Positions 43,039 through 53,300 of a DNA stretch of 64,000 nt are shown here, one piece after another. The notes beneath the pieces were generated by a model, which did no database searches, was not told the origin of the DNA, and saw only the letters and a list, made by a program, of their open reading frames with translations. The stretch is from assembly GCA_963807605.1 (NCBI GenBank), contig CAWECG010000004.1, positions 668,007 to 732,006 of the forward strand, given 5' to 3'. The stretch is from Candidatus Bathyarchaeota archaeon (lineage in GTDB: Archaea; Thermoproteota; Bathyarchaeia; 40CM-2-53-6; RBG-13-38-9). Each line of letters opens with the position of its first letter. The stretch's first letter is position 1. The position numbers were made by a program, and so were the translations under genes.

Positions 43039-43854
43039 CTACATCTTCTCATAGATCAGAGTATATGTGTCTTTGATGTTATGTCCAGTTATTTCTTGAT
43101 ACCTTAGTCTCATGTCCAATCTTTCAGATATATCCTTCTTGTTTATTGTTTTACTTTTGTTGCTGAGCAAGATATGGCCATTGTCGATTTCAATGTCCCA
43201 TTGATGCAATCCTAGCCACCCTGTAGCACTTCCCTCTTTTATGAAACCGTACAAAACCAGCATGCCGCCCGGTTTTAACACGTAGAATAGATTGGTCAAG
43301 AACTCTTCCGGTGATTGGCAATGATCTATTGCATTTTGTGAGTATGCTAGATGGAAAGTTTTTGCATCGAATAAGTCGTAAAGCTTCTCTCCGAATCCAC
43401 GGATGCATTCTATATCATATCCTGTGTTATACCTATCATGTAGTCGCTTGTATGTCTCTGCCAAGGGATCCACACAGACTATGAGCAGATCGGATCTGCA
43501 CTTAAGGTCAAGGGAATAGAATTGAGAGGTAGGCCCACAACCTACGTCAATACATCTAAACGGTGGCAGAAATCTCTCTGCGATTATTTTCAATGCGAAT
43601 CTTATTGATTCCTTGCACTCGTTTAGAAGACCATAAGGTGGGACATCAGGGTTCCTGATATGGAGTTCATGGAAGTTTCTCTCCCAGAAGAAGGCCCCCG
43701 ATGAAAGACCTGCAATGTCTGATGATTTCCTAACTTTTGATATGAGCATATTCTTTAGGAATCGCGTGTAAATCGAAAATAGTTCCTTATCCATATGAGT
43801 CAGATCAAAGAAAATGTAGCCAAGGATTCGAGAACGCAACTCATCCTCGCTCAA
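43039..43854 (-). CDS. Class I SAM-dependent methyltransferase
   Basis: DVGCGP, VDPLA, NAIDH, LKPGG, GLHQW. Confidence 0.85.
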   Translation of the reverse strand: MSEDELRSRILGYIFFDLTHMDKELFSIYTRFLKNMLISKVRKSSDIAGLSSGAFFWERNFHELHIRNPDVPPYGLLNECKESIRFALKIIAERFLPPFRCIDVGCGPTSQFYSLDLKCRSDLLIVCVDPLAETYKRLHDRYNTGYDIECIRGFGEKLYDLFDAKTFHLAYSQNAIDHCQSPEEFLTNLFYVLKPGGMLVLYGFIKEGSATGWLGLHQWDIEIDNGHILLSNKSKTINKKDISERLDMRLRYQEITGHNIKDTYTLIYEKM

Positions 43855-44590
43855 AGCCGGAGCACCTCAAAGCGCGCGCTGTGGGCCCTTTACTGTTAGT
43901 AGCGTATCGCCTCGACACATATTTAGTGTTTCAGTACTGTTCGACTAATTAGAGAGTATACGGTCCAAATAGTCGAAAACTAGTTGGACGACTCAGAGTA
44001 ACACCCCAGATGTCCGCTTCGGTCGCCCAATATGTGATTAACACTACCGTATATTGTCACCATCCATGTTACGCCACCACTATGATAGCGAGCGCCAGCA
44101 TCTACCTATTCGGACTTAAACTCGTTCGCCTCAAGGATGAAGGCTCAAGCGGTATTTACGCCGGCCAAGATTACGCCGTCCTTCTCGGCTTCTTTACAAT
44201 GTCAAGTTTTGTTACGGCTTTTGCTACGAGCTTCTTCGATTCCACCAGTGTTAAGGTTACTTAAACGCGTATGGCGCGTAGTTAGTTGTACGCTTATTCA
44301 AAGTATTGGTGATTATTGCAGTACTGCTGCATTCGTCGGATGAGCGCTCGCTACAATACAATGCCATAATTTGCGTAAATCTCGTCGAACTTGTTCTAGA
44401 TCCAACGAGTCCTTAAACCTGCAAGTATGCGTGCTTAATTCTAGGTCGATCTGGTGATTTCAGAACGTAGCGCGCGCTAACCCGTAACTTCACGGAACGA
44501 AGATATTTCACTAATCGTTATAGACGATTTCATGTTTCGTAACAACTCTTTGGTCAATTAATGTCGGTTCTCTAACATAGCATTTGGCTC

Positions 44591-45748
44591 TTACATTTTG
44601 ACCAATCTATTAAGCAATGTTTCAGCTAATAACTCATAGTTAAAATATGTTTCAGCTGCCTTACGCCCGTTTCTTCCCAATTCTTTAGCTAATTCTCTAT
44701 CTTGGTAGAGCCTCTCGATATACTGCTCGAACTCCTTCCAGTCTTTAGCTACAAATCCACAGTTAAATCTATTAATGACGTCACCTGTTTCCTTGAGGTT
44801 TGTTACAATTATCGGTTTACCAGCACCCATGTAATCGATTTTAGCCAAAAGGGTCATGCTCATAAAGGGTTTATTCGGGTAAGGAATCACACATATATCA
44901 GATGTTTCTAAACTACTCTTAACGTAGAACGTCCAACCCTCAAGTTTTTTATGAATGACCCATTCAGGAAGTGAAATGTCAATGAGATCCCCTGCGAGAA
45001 CAAGCGAGACTTTTAGGCCTCTCTCTCTAACATTGTTAACTGCGGATATGAGTTTGTCAATGCTCTTAGCTTTCAGTAGCGATCCGGAGTATAAAATTGT
45101 CAGAGGATCTAAGCTTCTTGGCGGAACATAGGAGATAAGACTTACTAGGCAACCAGTTGGCACTACAAAGATTTTATCTTTTCTTATCCGGTAAGTTCTA
45201 GCTATATACTCTTTAAGAGAGTTACTTAATGTTATGATGGATGAGGCTAGCTTTAGGGTTAGCATGTCTAGTGTCCGTGCATAGATTACCCATAATATTG
45301 GAGGTCTAGTTTCTGAAAAAGCATAACAATTCTCTACTGGGGGGTCGAAGTCGTCCACAATCACTTTAATACGGTTAATGCCAAAACTCCTCAAAATTAA
45401 GAGAGAAAAGACATACGAAAAAATGGCTTTAACTTTCGGAATGCCATAAGGATATGCTATAATAACCGTTAGACTTCCACGGCCCTTCACAGTGATAAGG
45501 ATGCTGCGAAGTACAGCTTTGAGCATACCCATTCGATATTTCCTTACTACACTATTTTCTTTTGAGCCAAAAACCCTCAAATGTTGATCAAGGTGTGAGT
45601 ACCAAGAAACCTTTGATTTTGGGGAGCTTTTAAGTAAGGTTTTTACTAATGAGCCGTAAAGCCCTACGTAACGGTGGTTAACACCGCCTGTTATGTCCTT
45701 TGGTTCGATGGCAAAGAAACTTGTCAAAATCATTAAATTAAGCGCCAT
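44591..45748 (-). CDS. GT4 glycosyltransferase
   Basis: YSGSL..K, KIDYMGAGKPII, LGRNGR. Confidence 0.85.
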   Translation of the reverse strand: MALNLMILTSFFAIEPKDITGGVNHRYVGLYGSLVKTLLKSSPKSKVSWYSHLDQHLRVFGSKENSVVRKYRMGMLKAVLRSILITVKGRGSLTVIIAYPYGIPKVKAIFSYVFSLLILRSFGINRIKVIVDDFDPPVENCYAFSETRPPILWVIYARTLDMLTLKLASSIITLSNSLKEYIARTYRIRKDKIFVVPTGCLVSLISYVPPRSLDPLTILYSGSLLKAKSIDKLISAVNNVRERGLKVSLVLAGDLIDISLPEWVIHKKLEGWTFYVKSSLETSDICVIPYPNKPFMSMTLLAKIDYMGAGKPIIVTNLKETGDVINRFNCGFVAKDWKEFEQYIERLYQDRELAKELGRNGRKAAETYFNYELLAETLLNRLVKM

Positions 45749-46087
45749 TTGCCTCTATTTCCTCATCTCAAATGAGAATCACTATACGTTCAACCAACCA
45801 TTTAATTCATAGCGCGTGCTGCGGCTGATTCGGGCGAAGTCGTATCCACAGACTGGTTGTTTAAGCTGGGGGTTATCAAGCTTTTCGAATCTGAAGCGGG
45901 CGTCTTTCTGTAGTCTCATCATTCTGGGGAGGAAGTCATCGTGTCTTGTTGTCGCTTAGAGCAAGCCATAGCTTAATCTCTTCAACCCTTTCTTCTTCCA
46001 AAAAGGCAAGCCCAGACAATCACCCTCATAATCTACGCGACAAGAATAAGCCAGAATCTTCCAAGGGCATGTGCCGTCAAGTTAACG

Positions 46088-46921
46088 TTACCTTTTCTTG
46101 GGTAACAGTACCTTGCCTCCTCTTCTTCTGACGCCTCGAATTACAAGCGTCAGCTTAATCCGGGCGCTCCTCAGCCACGGGTGCGAATAGTATGCCTTGT
46201 TTTCTGCCACAATCCACCCTCTGTATTCGCCTCGAAATCTAATCCTAACATGGAAACCTGCCTTCTTGAAGTGCTTGGCAAGCTCCATTTCAGAGTGACC
46301 TTCCGCAAGATAATTGTGATAGAGGATCACTAGCAGTTTTATCCTTTGAAGAACCTCCGTTGGGGCGCTGAGAAATATCGGAAACTCTGCTCCTTCGCAG
46401 TTGCACTTGATTAGGTCGCAGGACAGTATCTTGTTGTCATTCATAAAGTCAGAAAGGGCCTCTGTCCTTACCTCTTCGGACTCATCGCTGACCGATTTCA
46501 GAATAGTATGACCCTACTGTCCGGTCGCCAAGTCATGGTAGAGCGTTGCAGAGCCTTTTCTGTCAGCCAATGCAAGATTGAAAATGAACACATTGCTCAA
46601 GCCGTTCAGAGCCACATTGGTTTGAAGTATCCTGAAAGTATCGTGGGCTGGTTCTATTGCGAAGACGTGACCATGCGGGGCAAGGGCTGCCATGAGTAGC
46701 GAGAAGGTACCTATGTATGCTCCAATGTCAATGACGACGTGGTCTAACCCCACTGTATACTCGGGCAGCGCTGGGAGATAGATGTCATTTTGAAAGCTCT
46801 CCTTGAGGATAACTCGCTCGTCAACGGTTCCCTTCCTGTAGCACAGCTTCGCAGTCCTTAGTGTTCCTCTTCCGGGGATCTCCATTATGCCCATGTCACT
46901 TGGTAGTGCAGACTCTTCCAC
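46088..46921 (-). pseudogene. FkbM family methyltransferase with one in-frame TAG (46514-46516)
   Basis: IDIGAYIG, IEP, LAL in the 5' ORF; IKCNCEGAE in the same frame after the stop. Confidence 0.85.
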
Positions 46922-47142
46922 GGCTAAAGCACCGCTTACTGTAGCCTATCCTGACGTATCATAATAGTGCTATGAAAGGCTTGGCGTTCGCAAAATTGTA
47001 AGATTAACCATCCGAACACACAACCGTAGCAACTTCAGGTGACGGTTTTTTCCAGACTAAAGAGAACACGGTAGATGACGAAGAGGTACCGTTACCCTCT
47101 CTAGTCATCCTTATAATTCTCAGTGGGTAAAGCGCGGGCGCT

Positions 47143-47285
47143 GATGCTGACACGAAACGAACCTTACCACGGAGAGAACAGGCGGCTCACAGAGCAAAAA
47201 CATAAACGGCTCGAGAGAATAGTTAACAGTGCTTAAACGCCACACGGAAGAACCATCCCCGAGAACGCTAGAGACTTTTCATAGG
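47143..47285 (+). mobile_element. Possible IS110-family transposase 3' tail and right end
   Basis: MLTRNEPY..* followed by ..GACTTTTCATAGG. Confidence 0.45.
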
Positions 47286-47591
47286 TGCTCACCAAGGGGC
47301 CTTCACACAGTACAAATGCTGCCATGGCACTAATAGCGTTTTCTCGATGTTACCCACGATGATGGCTACGGCACAGTGAAATAACACCCAATACTACTAA
47401 GTTGGATACTTAACTTTTTGATACTTGACACTTAATTTTTTGATATTGGATGCGAAAAGTCGTGTTAATTTACTTAATAACAGGCGATTTTGAATACAAA
47501 AAAAATTTTTAAGATTAAGTAACAAAATGTAACAAACTTTCACTTTCTTAAGTAAAATTAACTAAATTACGTGAACCTTATCTAAGCTCGC

Positions 47592-47828
47592 ATGGTAATT
47601 AAGAAATGGTCAATCTGTCTGGAGAAAAAGCCTGGCAAGATAACCCAGCGGGAAGCCATCGCTAGACAGCTTACGACTGGTCAATATGATAATGCTGAGA
47701 TAGCTACAATCCTTAATACTTCAGGAAATTACGTTTTTGCTCAAAGGAATACACCATCCCACCAACATCCTGAATTACTGCAGACTGAAGCTTGCTGGTT
47801 CTCTCGAACTCAGGCGCACTGCAATTAA
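47592..47828 (+). pseudogene. Truncated HTH protein, paralogue of 15405..16132
   Basis: KITQREAI..EIATILNTSGNYV; upstream sequence also shared. Confidence 0.6.
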
Positions 47829-47963
47829 TCTTCAACTTGAAGGATAGTGCGTTTTTGCTCATTTGCGCCCGCGTAGTGCTAGCTCACCGCCTACCTTGGG
47901 GCCTGCACGTATGAGCTGCACGGAGGGATTAATGCTCTATTACAGGTAACATTAGTAATATTT

Positions 47964-48230
47964 GTGATCTTAATGGCCAATGATACCCACCGATCAGAAA
48001 AGATGACCCGAACCAGCGTCACTATTCCTTACTCACTAAAGAAAAAGATGGATAATGCAGACGTGAACTGGAGCGCTGTCTTTAGGGAAGCCATAAGCCG
48101 CAGGCTTGAATATGGACGTGAAAGGAACACCTCCGAAGCAGTTCTACTGAACGAGAGACTCAGGAGGAAAGCTCCCGAAGGCTGGGATAGCACAAAAGTG
48201 ATCAGATTTTGGAGAAGCAGAAGGTCGTAG
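47964..48230 (+). CDS. RHH/CopG-type antitoxin (VapB-like)
   Basis: TSVTIP.SLKKKM...VNWS..R, DSTKVIR; overlaps PIN gene. Confidence 0.8.
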   Translation: MILMANDTHRSEKMTRTSVTIPYSLKKKMDNADVNWSAVFREAISRRLEYGRERNTSEAVLLNERLRRKAPEGWDSTKVIRFWRSRRS

Positions 48231-48631
48231 CAGACGCTTCAGTTGTGGCGAAATGGTTCCTCAACGAAGAGTTCTCGGAGGAGGCGACGCTTCTCAGAGA
48301 CTCTTTTGTCAAGGATGAGCTGACGATATCAGTCCCAAGCCTCCTCAACTACGAAATCCTCAACGTCCTGAGATAGACTGGACTATACAACTCCGAGGAG
48401 CTAGCATCTGCCTCTAGATCTCTGTCCAAGTACGGTTTCGATGTTTGGGAGCCCAGGAGTAGAATCTATGAGGAAACCGCTAAGATGAGCTTGAAACACG
48501 ACATCTCTGTCTACGACGCAGCCTATGTAGCCCTAGCTTCCTACCTCGACACAACCCTATACACCGCTGATCTAGAACTCATCCAGAAAGCACCTCAATA
48601 CTCTAAACACGTAAAGAACTTTAGGACATAA
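48209..48631 (+). pseudogene. vapC: VapC PIN toxin with one in-frame TAG (48374-48376)
   Basis: VADASVVAKW, YEILNVL, VYDAAYVALA, YTAD. Confidence 0.85.
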
Positions 48632-48902
48632 TAGAGACAGCGATAGTCAGTAGTTACACTGATAGAAACCAAACATCATCAAACATACTACCTGAGACCA
48701 GAGCGCGCTACAAGTTCGATACATCTCACCGACCCCGCCCTTGAGCGTGACATCAAATTTCCTAAGAGCTGCTGCTAATCAAGAATTAATAGTTTTCCAG
48801 ATAAGTTGGAGCTACACTTCGCACGAACGCATTCATCCAAAAGAAGGACCGGCGCCGGAAAGCTAGAATCACATGCAGGTCACTCAAACAAAGGCCTGAC
48901 AA

Positions 48903-49307
48903 TCAAGCGGTAGCAGGATCCATCCGTGTTAGGCCCGGGATCTTGTCGTAGGATTTGTCGAAGGAGAGAATCCTTCTATCTCGATTCAGGGCTGTAGCGG
49001 CGTAGTGTGAGTCGAAGAAGGTAAGACCGAGGGTCTGTCTAAGGTATACGCTTGCCACAGCCACATCCGGCGTTAATGGCACATAATTTACGTTCGGCAG
49101 CGCAGCCAAAGCTGCTAGGTCTCTTAGAAGCCTGTGTTCCATCTTCTCGCTTCTATAAACCAGTTCCATCTCGAGTAGGTTCACGCTCGACATCTCCGCT
49201 GCTAAACCTCCGCTCCTCAGTTTCTCAAAAATCTTCTCGGCGACAGAATGTTTCGGATCGTACTCATTAAGATACGCGAAGATGACGTCGTTTTCTATGA
49301 TCGGCAT
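48903..49307 (-). CDS. vapC: VapC PIN toxin
   Basis: IIENDV..YL, E, FFDSHYAA, SFD.SYD. Confidence 0.85.
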   Translation of the reverse strand: MPIIENDVIFAYLNEYDPKHSVAEKIFEKLRSGGLAAEMSSVNLLEMELVYRSEKMEHRLLRDLAALAALPNVNYVPLTPDVAVASVYLRQTLGLTFFDSHYAATALNRDRRILSFDKSYDKIPGLTRMDPATA

Positions 49308-49570
49308 CCCTTTCGCGATCGCCTCTCCTTCCTCACTTCTCCCTCCGCCAACTGTTCAGCCCTCCTTCTTAGCTCCCTGAATGACTTTCTCACATTGAAG
49401 GCGCCATGTAAGGTCTGGAACGGATCGGGGGGAAGCGGTATCATTTTCAGGTGATCTCCAGCGTTTATTATGAGCACTTTCTTCCCCATTCTGAGAGATT
49501 CTCGAATCTCCTTCGGAACGGTGAACCTCCCCTTGCTGTCAAGCTCCTGAATACTCAGCCTGCCCACCAA
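49295..49570 (-). CDS. AbrB/MazE-type antitoxin (start approximate)
   Basis: LDSKGRFTVPKEIRE. Confidence 0.85.
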   Translation of the reverse strand: MVGRLSIQELDSKGRFTVPKEIRESLRMGKKVLIINAGDHLKMIPLPPDPFQTLHGAFNVRKSFRELRRRAEQLAEGEVRKERRSRKGCRS

Positions 49571-50065
49571 CCAGTTATTTCCGTCTTCAGTGGGATTTAA
49601 ATCTTCTACAGGCATTAGTGGGAAAGGGCTTAGCTTCCGCAATGGAGATGCCGGTCGAAGCTAGAACTCCAAACGCAATACTAGACATACACTCATTGCT
49701 ACACCCATTAGCCAAACAAAGCGGCTGACTCTTTAATGTAGACGGTTTCATTCAAGTATTGATCGAGAGAAATCCCTCCCAGCGCACTACAATATACGGT
49801 TGGTTGGGTAGAGGATCACGAAAGACCGAACCCGTGTCGTCTAGTGTATAGTCGAAGCTCACTTGCGTAGACGGATAACTATCAGGGTTAACCGACGGGC
49901 TTACGTCTGTGTCTTTTGGACCCGTAGCCCAGACACTTTGACCATTCCGTGTAGTACATCTGATTGTTGAAGACGAAGAAGATTCTGCCAAGAGTTTTTT
50001 TTCCCATAGTTTAGTTTGAAGCGTAGCGCACGCATTTCTGCGTGACGCTCATGTGATAGCCCTAC

Positions 50066-50091
50066 TTAAATATAGGTAAGATAATCTTACC
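50066..50091 (+). promoter_or_regulatory. TATA-like box and inverted-repeat operator of the abrB-relE locus
   Basis: TTAAATA then GGTAAGAT-A-ATCTTACC just before ATG 50097. Confidence 0.55.
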
Positions 50092-50096
50092 AATCT

Positions 50097-50375
50097 ATGG
50101 AAGACGAGCTCGAAATTACTGAATTGACTAAAACAAGTTCAAAGGGCCAGATAGTCATACCCTCCAGCACGGAAACGGCTTGGGATAAAAGAGGCAGCGT
50201 CTTCAGCATAGCCGCAAGGAAGAACATCATCGTCCTTAAGAAACTAGACACCAGAATGAAGGCATAGGACCTGAAGACTCTGAAGCTCATCGAAGAAGCC
50301 TGGGAAGACATGGAAAAAGGTCGATACAAGACCTACCCCAAGAAAGCCTTCTTCGAAGAGCTGAAGAAATGGTAG
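50097..50375 (+). pseudogene. AbrB-type antitoxin with frameshifts and TAG
   Basis: TSSKGQIVIP...EEAWEDMEKGRYK; overlaps relE start. Confidence 0.8.
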
Positions 50376-50536
50376 ACATCAAGTTCATCGTTACCACAGA
50401 AAAATTCAAGAAAGACGTAAAGAAGATAAAAGACAGAGGACTTAAAGAAAGGCTCCAGAAACAGATACATAAAGTAATCGAGAATCCTGAGTTTGGAAAA
50501 CCGCTGAGATATGATTTCAAAGAACGCACGGTCTAC

Positions 50537-51907
50537 TTGACACTCCCCTGCCTAAAGACAGGGGATTCTAGCTTCTATCATGTTCATTGGTTGGTGGGTC
50601 ACTGCCCTTCTAGGCCGCCACCTCATTCCATCCCATTTTAGAAGTTTAGGGTGTGTCATCACCCTGATGGCTGTTCCTTCATACTGAAGGTTTGCCATAT
50701 TCAAGACGCCAATAGCATCTCTATGAGCCTCCAATCCACATTCTAGACACTTGAAGAGTCTGCCTTTCCTCTCAATGTTTTCTGAGCTGCATCTTATGCA
50801 TCTGCTTGAAGTCTTGTATTCACTGACTTCTTTGACCCGTATCCTATACTCTTGCGCTGTATGTTTCAGTCTTTGAATGATGTAGTTGAAGCTCCAGAAG
50901 TTGTGGATCATTGAATTGCTCTTCTTGCCTTTGCTATTGTCCTCTCTGATGCCCGTTAGATCTCCTATCATAATCTTTGAAACACCGAGATCGTAGAGGT
51001 CTCTTACCATGCTTCTTATCATGGTGTTGATTGCTTGTCGGAATCTCCGTTGTCTCATCCTGTAGAATCTGCTTAGTCTCTTCGAATTTTTCTTACCATT
51101 GATTGTTTCAAGAGTGCTCTGGCAGTCTGCTATTCTATCGACCTAGTACCACCAATCTGCTAGGAGGTTTCTTCCACTGTATGCTATTGGTTGTCTCCAT
51201 CCTTCAAGCCAGATGGTGAACAGGTTGATTATGCCAGGGTCGATGTAGCATGTCTTGGAGCCTTTCGGCTTGAATAATGACTTAACCTTCACAGTCTGAA
51301 AGACACGCCACTTTCCAGCCAAATCATCATAGATGACCTCGGCCCTACCCTGCTTACCATTCCATCCAAGTTTACCTTTGAAGGGTATCCTCAGTCCTTT
51401 AGGTACTTTCATCACTCCATCCTTTACACTATAGCAGTCGTTCCTCAGAACCATCATTAGCCTGTATTTCCCATCTCTCTTCCAGTATCCGGGCATACAC
51501 ACCTTCTCCATGTTTGGCGGAAGTTTGCCTTCTCGCTCCAGCTGCTTTAATGCGAAGAAGCCCCTCCATGACTCGTTGCTCTTCCTGAGTATTTGTTGTG
51601 TTGTCGCTGAATCAATCAATGGTGAATATTTCTGGTAGAGATCTTTGTACTCCCAATTTAGGGGTTGATAGTTCATGTATGCCTGTCTTTTGCGGTAGGT
51701 TGCCTCATTCCAAAGTTTGGCACAGTTGGTAGCTTTATCCCTCAGTATCCTCTCTTGCTCCACCGTTGGATCAAGGATGAAGGTGTTGGTTCTCCGCATG
51801 AAACTACCAGCATTATTATTAAAACACCAGACATTTAAGCCCCAAACATCTCACTCGGTCGTAATTCATCCCACCCCTGAAGGGGTGGACTTTCTTGCTA
51901 GTTCAAT
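50537..51907 (-). mobile_element. IS200/IS605 family tnpB-only element, IS608-type ends
   Basis: Inserted 3' of TTAC; AAAG + LE hairpin; GAAT + RE hairpin; ends TCAA; no TSD. Confidence 0.92.
50552..51799 (-). pseudogene. tnpB: TnpB with one in-frame TAG at 51143
   Basis: IDPG, IGDL, SEYKTS, CxxC..CxxC, HRD. Confidence 0.9.
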
Positions 51908-51915
51908 GTAAAACC

Positions 51916-53236
51916 CTATAGACTGATGAGGCTGTCAGAAAATTCCGATTCTGGGCTCACTGGCTTGTAGGCCAGATCATTCCCAGGATGAGCTAAGCCT
52001 TCTGTAGCCCGTCGGGTCAGGGGTTCTGCCAAGAAACGAGACCCGATGTTTATTGCTCCGTTGAAGTCTGCGTTGAACCATAGCTCACAATTCCAGCAGT
52101 GAAATAGGCTTTGTCCAATTCTTTCAACAGTTTTTGGATTTACCTTTGTATTCCTTGCCCCGCATCTGTGGCACGTCATACTTGACCAGTATTCTTTGGG
52201 AGCTTCAGCTCTGATCCCTTTTTCTGCACATTCTTCTTGGGTGTACCGTATGGTTCTGCCATAGCTCCATCTTGCTAACTTCCTGCGTAGTGCTGGCTTA
52301 CCATTCCCTTTGTAGTTGTCGCACTTGATTCCCTTCGGATAACCCATGGGAACCAAACAACCACTTGATGTATTAGCTATCTCCTTCGCTGTTAGTCTGT
52401 CGTAGTATTCTGCCACATACTTCTTCTTGTGTCTGAGACGTTTCAGTGCTTCTCACTTCTTATGCTTCTGTAGTTCTGTGATTCTTTTCTCTAGGCGGTT
52501 CAGGTGTTCTCTCTTGGACCCATCACTCAGTATCGTGAAATCGCTTGACTTGAGGGGTTGATTCGGCCTCAACATCACGGATGTAACAGACCGTTTAATC
52601 CCTAAATCAGCCCCATGAACCGCATTGACGGGTTGATCTGGAACATTATACTCAACCTTCACATGAACAAAGAACTTCTCATCCCTCTTCACAATCTGGA
52701 AGCTCTTGATCTCACCTTTCTGCAAGAGGTCGAAATGATATTTTGCGGGGTTAAGTGGAATTGTGATTCTCATGCCTTTCTTCGATGTGGACGCTCTGGC
52801 TACGTATGAGCATAGTTTGATTCTTGATTTCTCATAGAACCAATTCTATTGTCAAACTATATTGGAACCTTCCCGTTCATACCCTTGGAGAATGGCTTCT
52901 GAGGCTCACGTCTAAGAAGTTTCTTTCTCCATTCTCCTTTTGCCCTTTCTAACTCCCAATTCCACTCTTTGTGTAGTTTCCGATAACTTCGCCACATCCA
53001 GCTTGCAGTATCAAAACAGCATTGAATCATGGTTGATGAAAGTTTGCTTCCTCCTTAACCTGTTCACAAAATGTATTTCTATCATTGTAGAAGCCTTTCA
53101 GGTTGTGTTCTTCAAATAGCTTCGACCAGAGCCACACACCATATGTGTGTCTCGCTGTTAACCTATCCAAGATTGAGAGCTTCCGCTTTGTTATGGCATA
53201 ATGTACTGGCACACAAATAGTTTTGATGACTTCCAT
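51916..53236 (-). pseudogene. tnpB: TnpB/Cas12f-like nuclease, frameshifted with internal TGA
   Basis: GADLG, MGYP, KEYWSS, CHRC..CWNC, NADFNG. Confidence 0.85.
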
Positions 53237-53300
53237 TCTTCTACACTATTCCTGGGAAGGAAATGATATTTAAGACTGGGGTGAATTTTCTGACACCCTA
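51928..53300 (-). mobile_element. Non-autonomous TIR element carrying tnpB; 18-bp TIRs, 6-bp TSD ACTGAT
   Basis: GAGGCTGTCAGAAAATTC vs reverse complement TAGGGTGTCAGAAAATTC; ACTGAT at 51922-51927 and 53301-53306. Confidence 0.88.

Noticed and set aside
49752-49991. Possible PA14-like fragment (IVVRWEGFL)
   Set aside because: Too short to support a call without a search
46514-51145. TAG read-through (pyrrolysine) in fkbM, vapC, abrB and tnpB
   Set aside because: Each TAG is one mutation from the likely Trp/Tyr/Glu codon, many intact genes here end in TAG, and neighbours also have TAA/TGA and frameshift lesions. A pyl gene search would settle it
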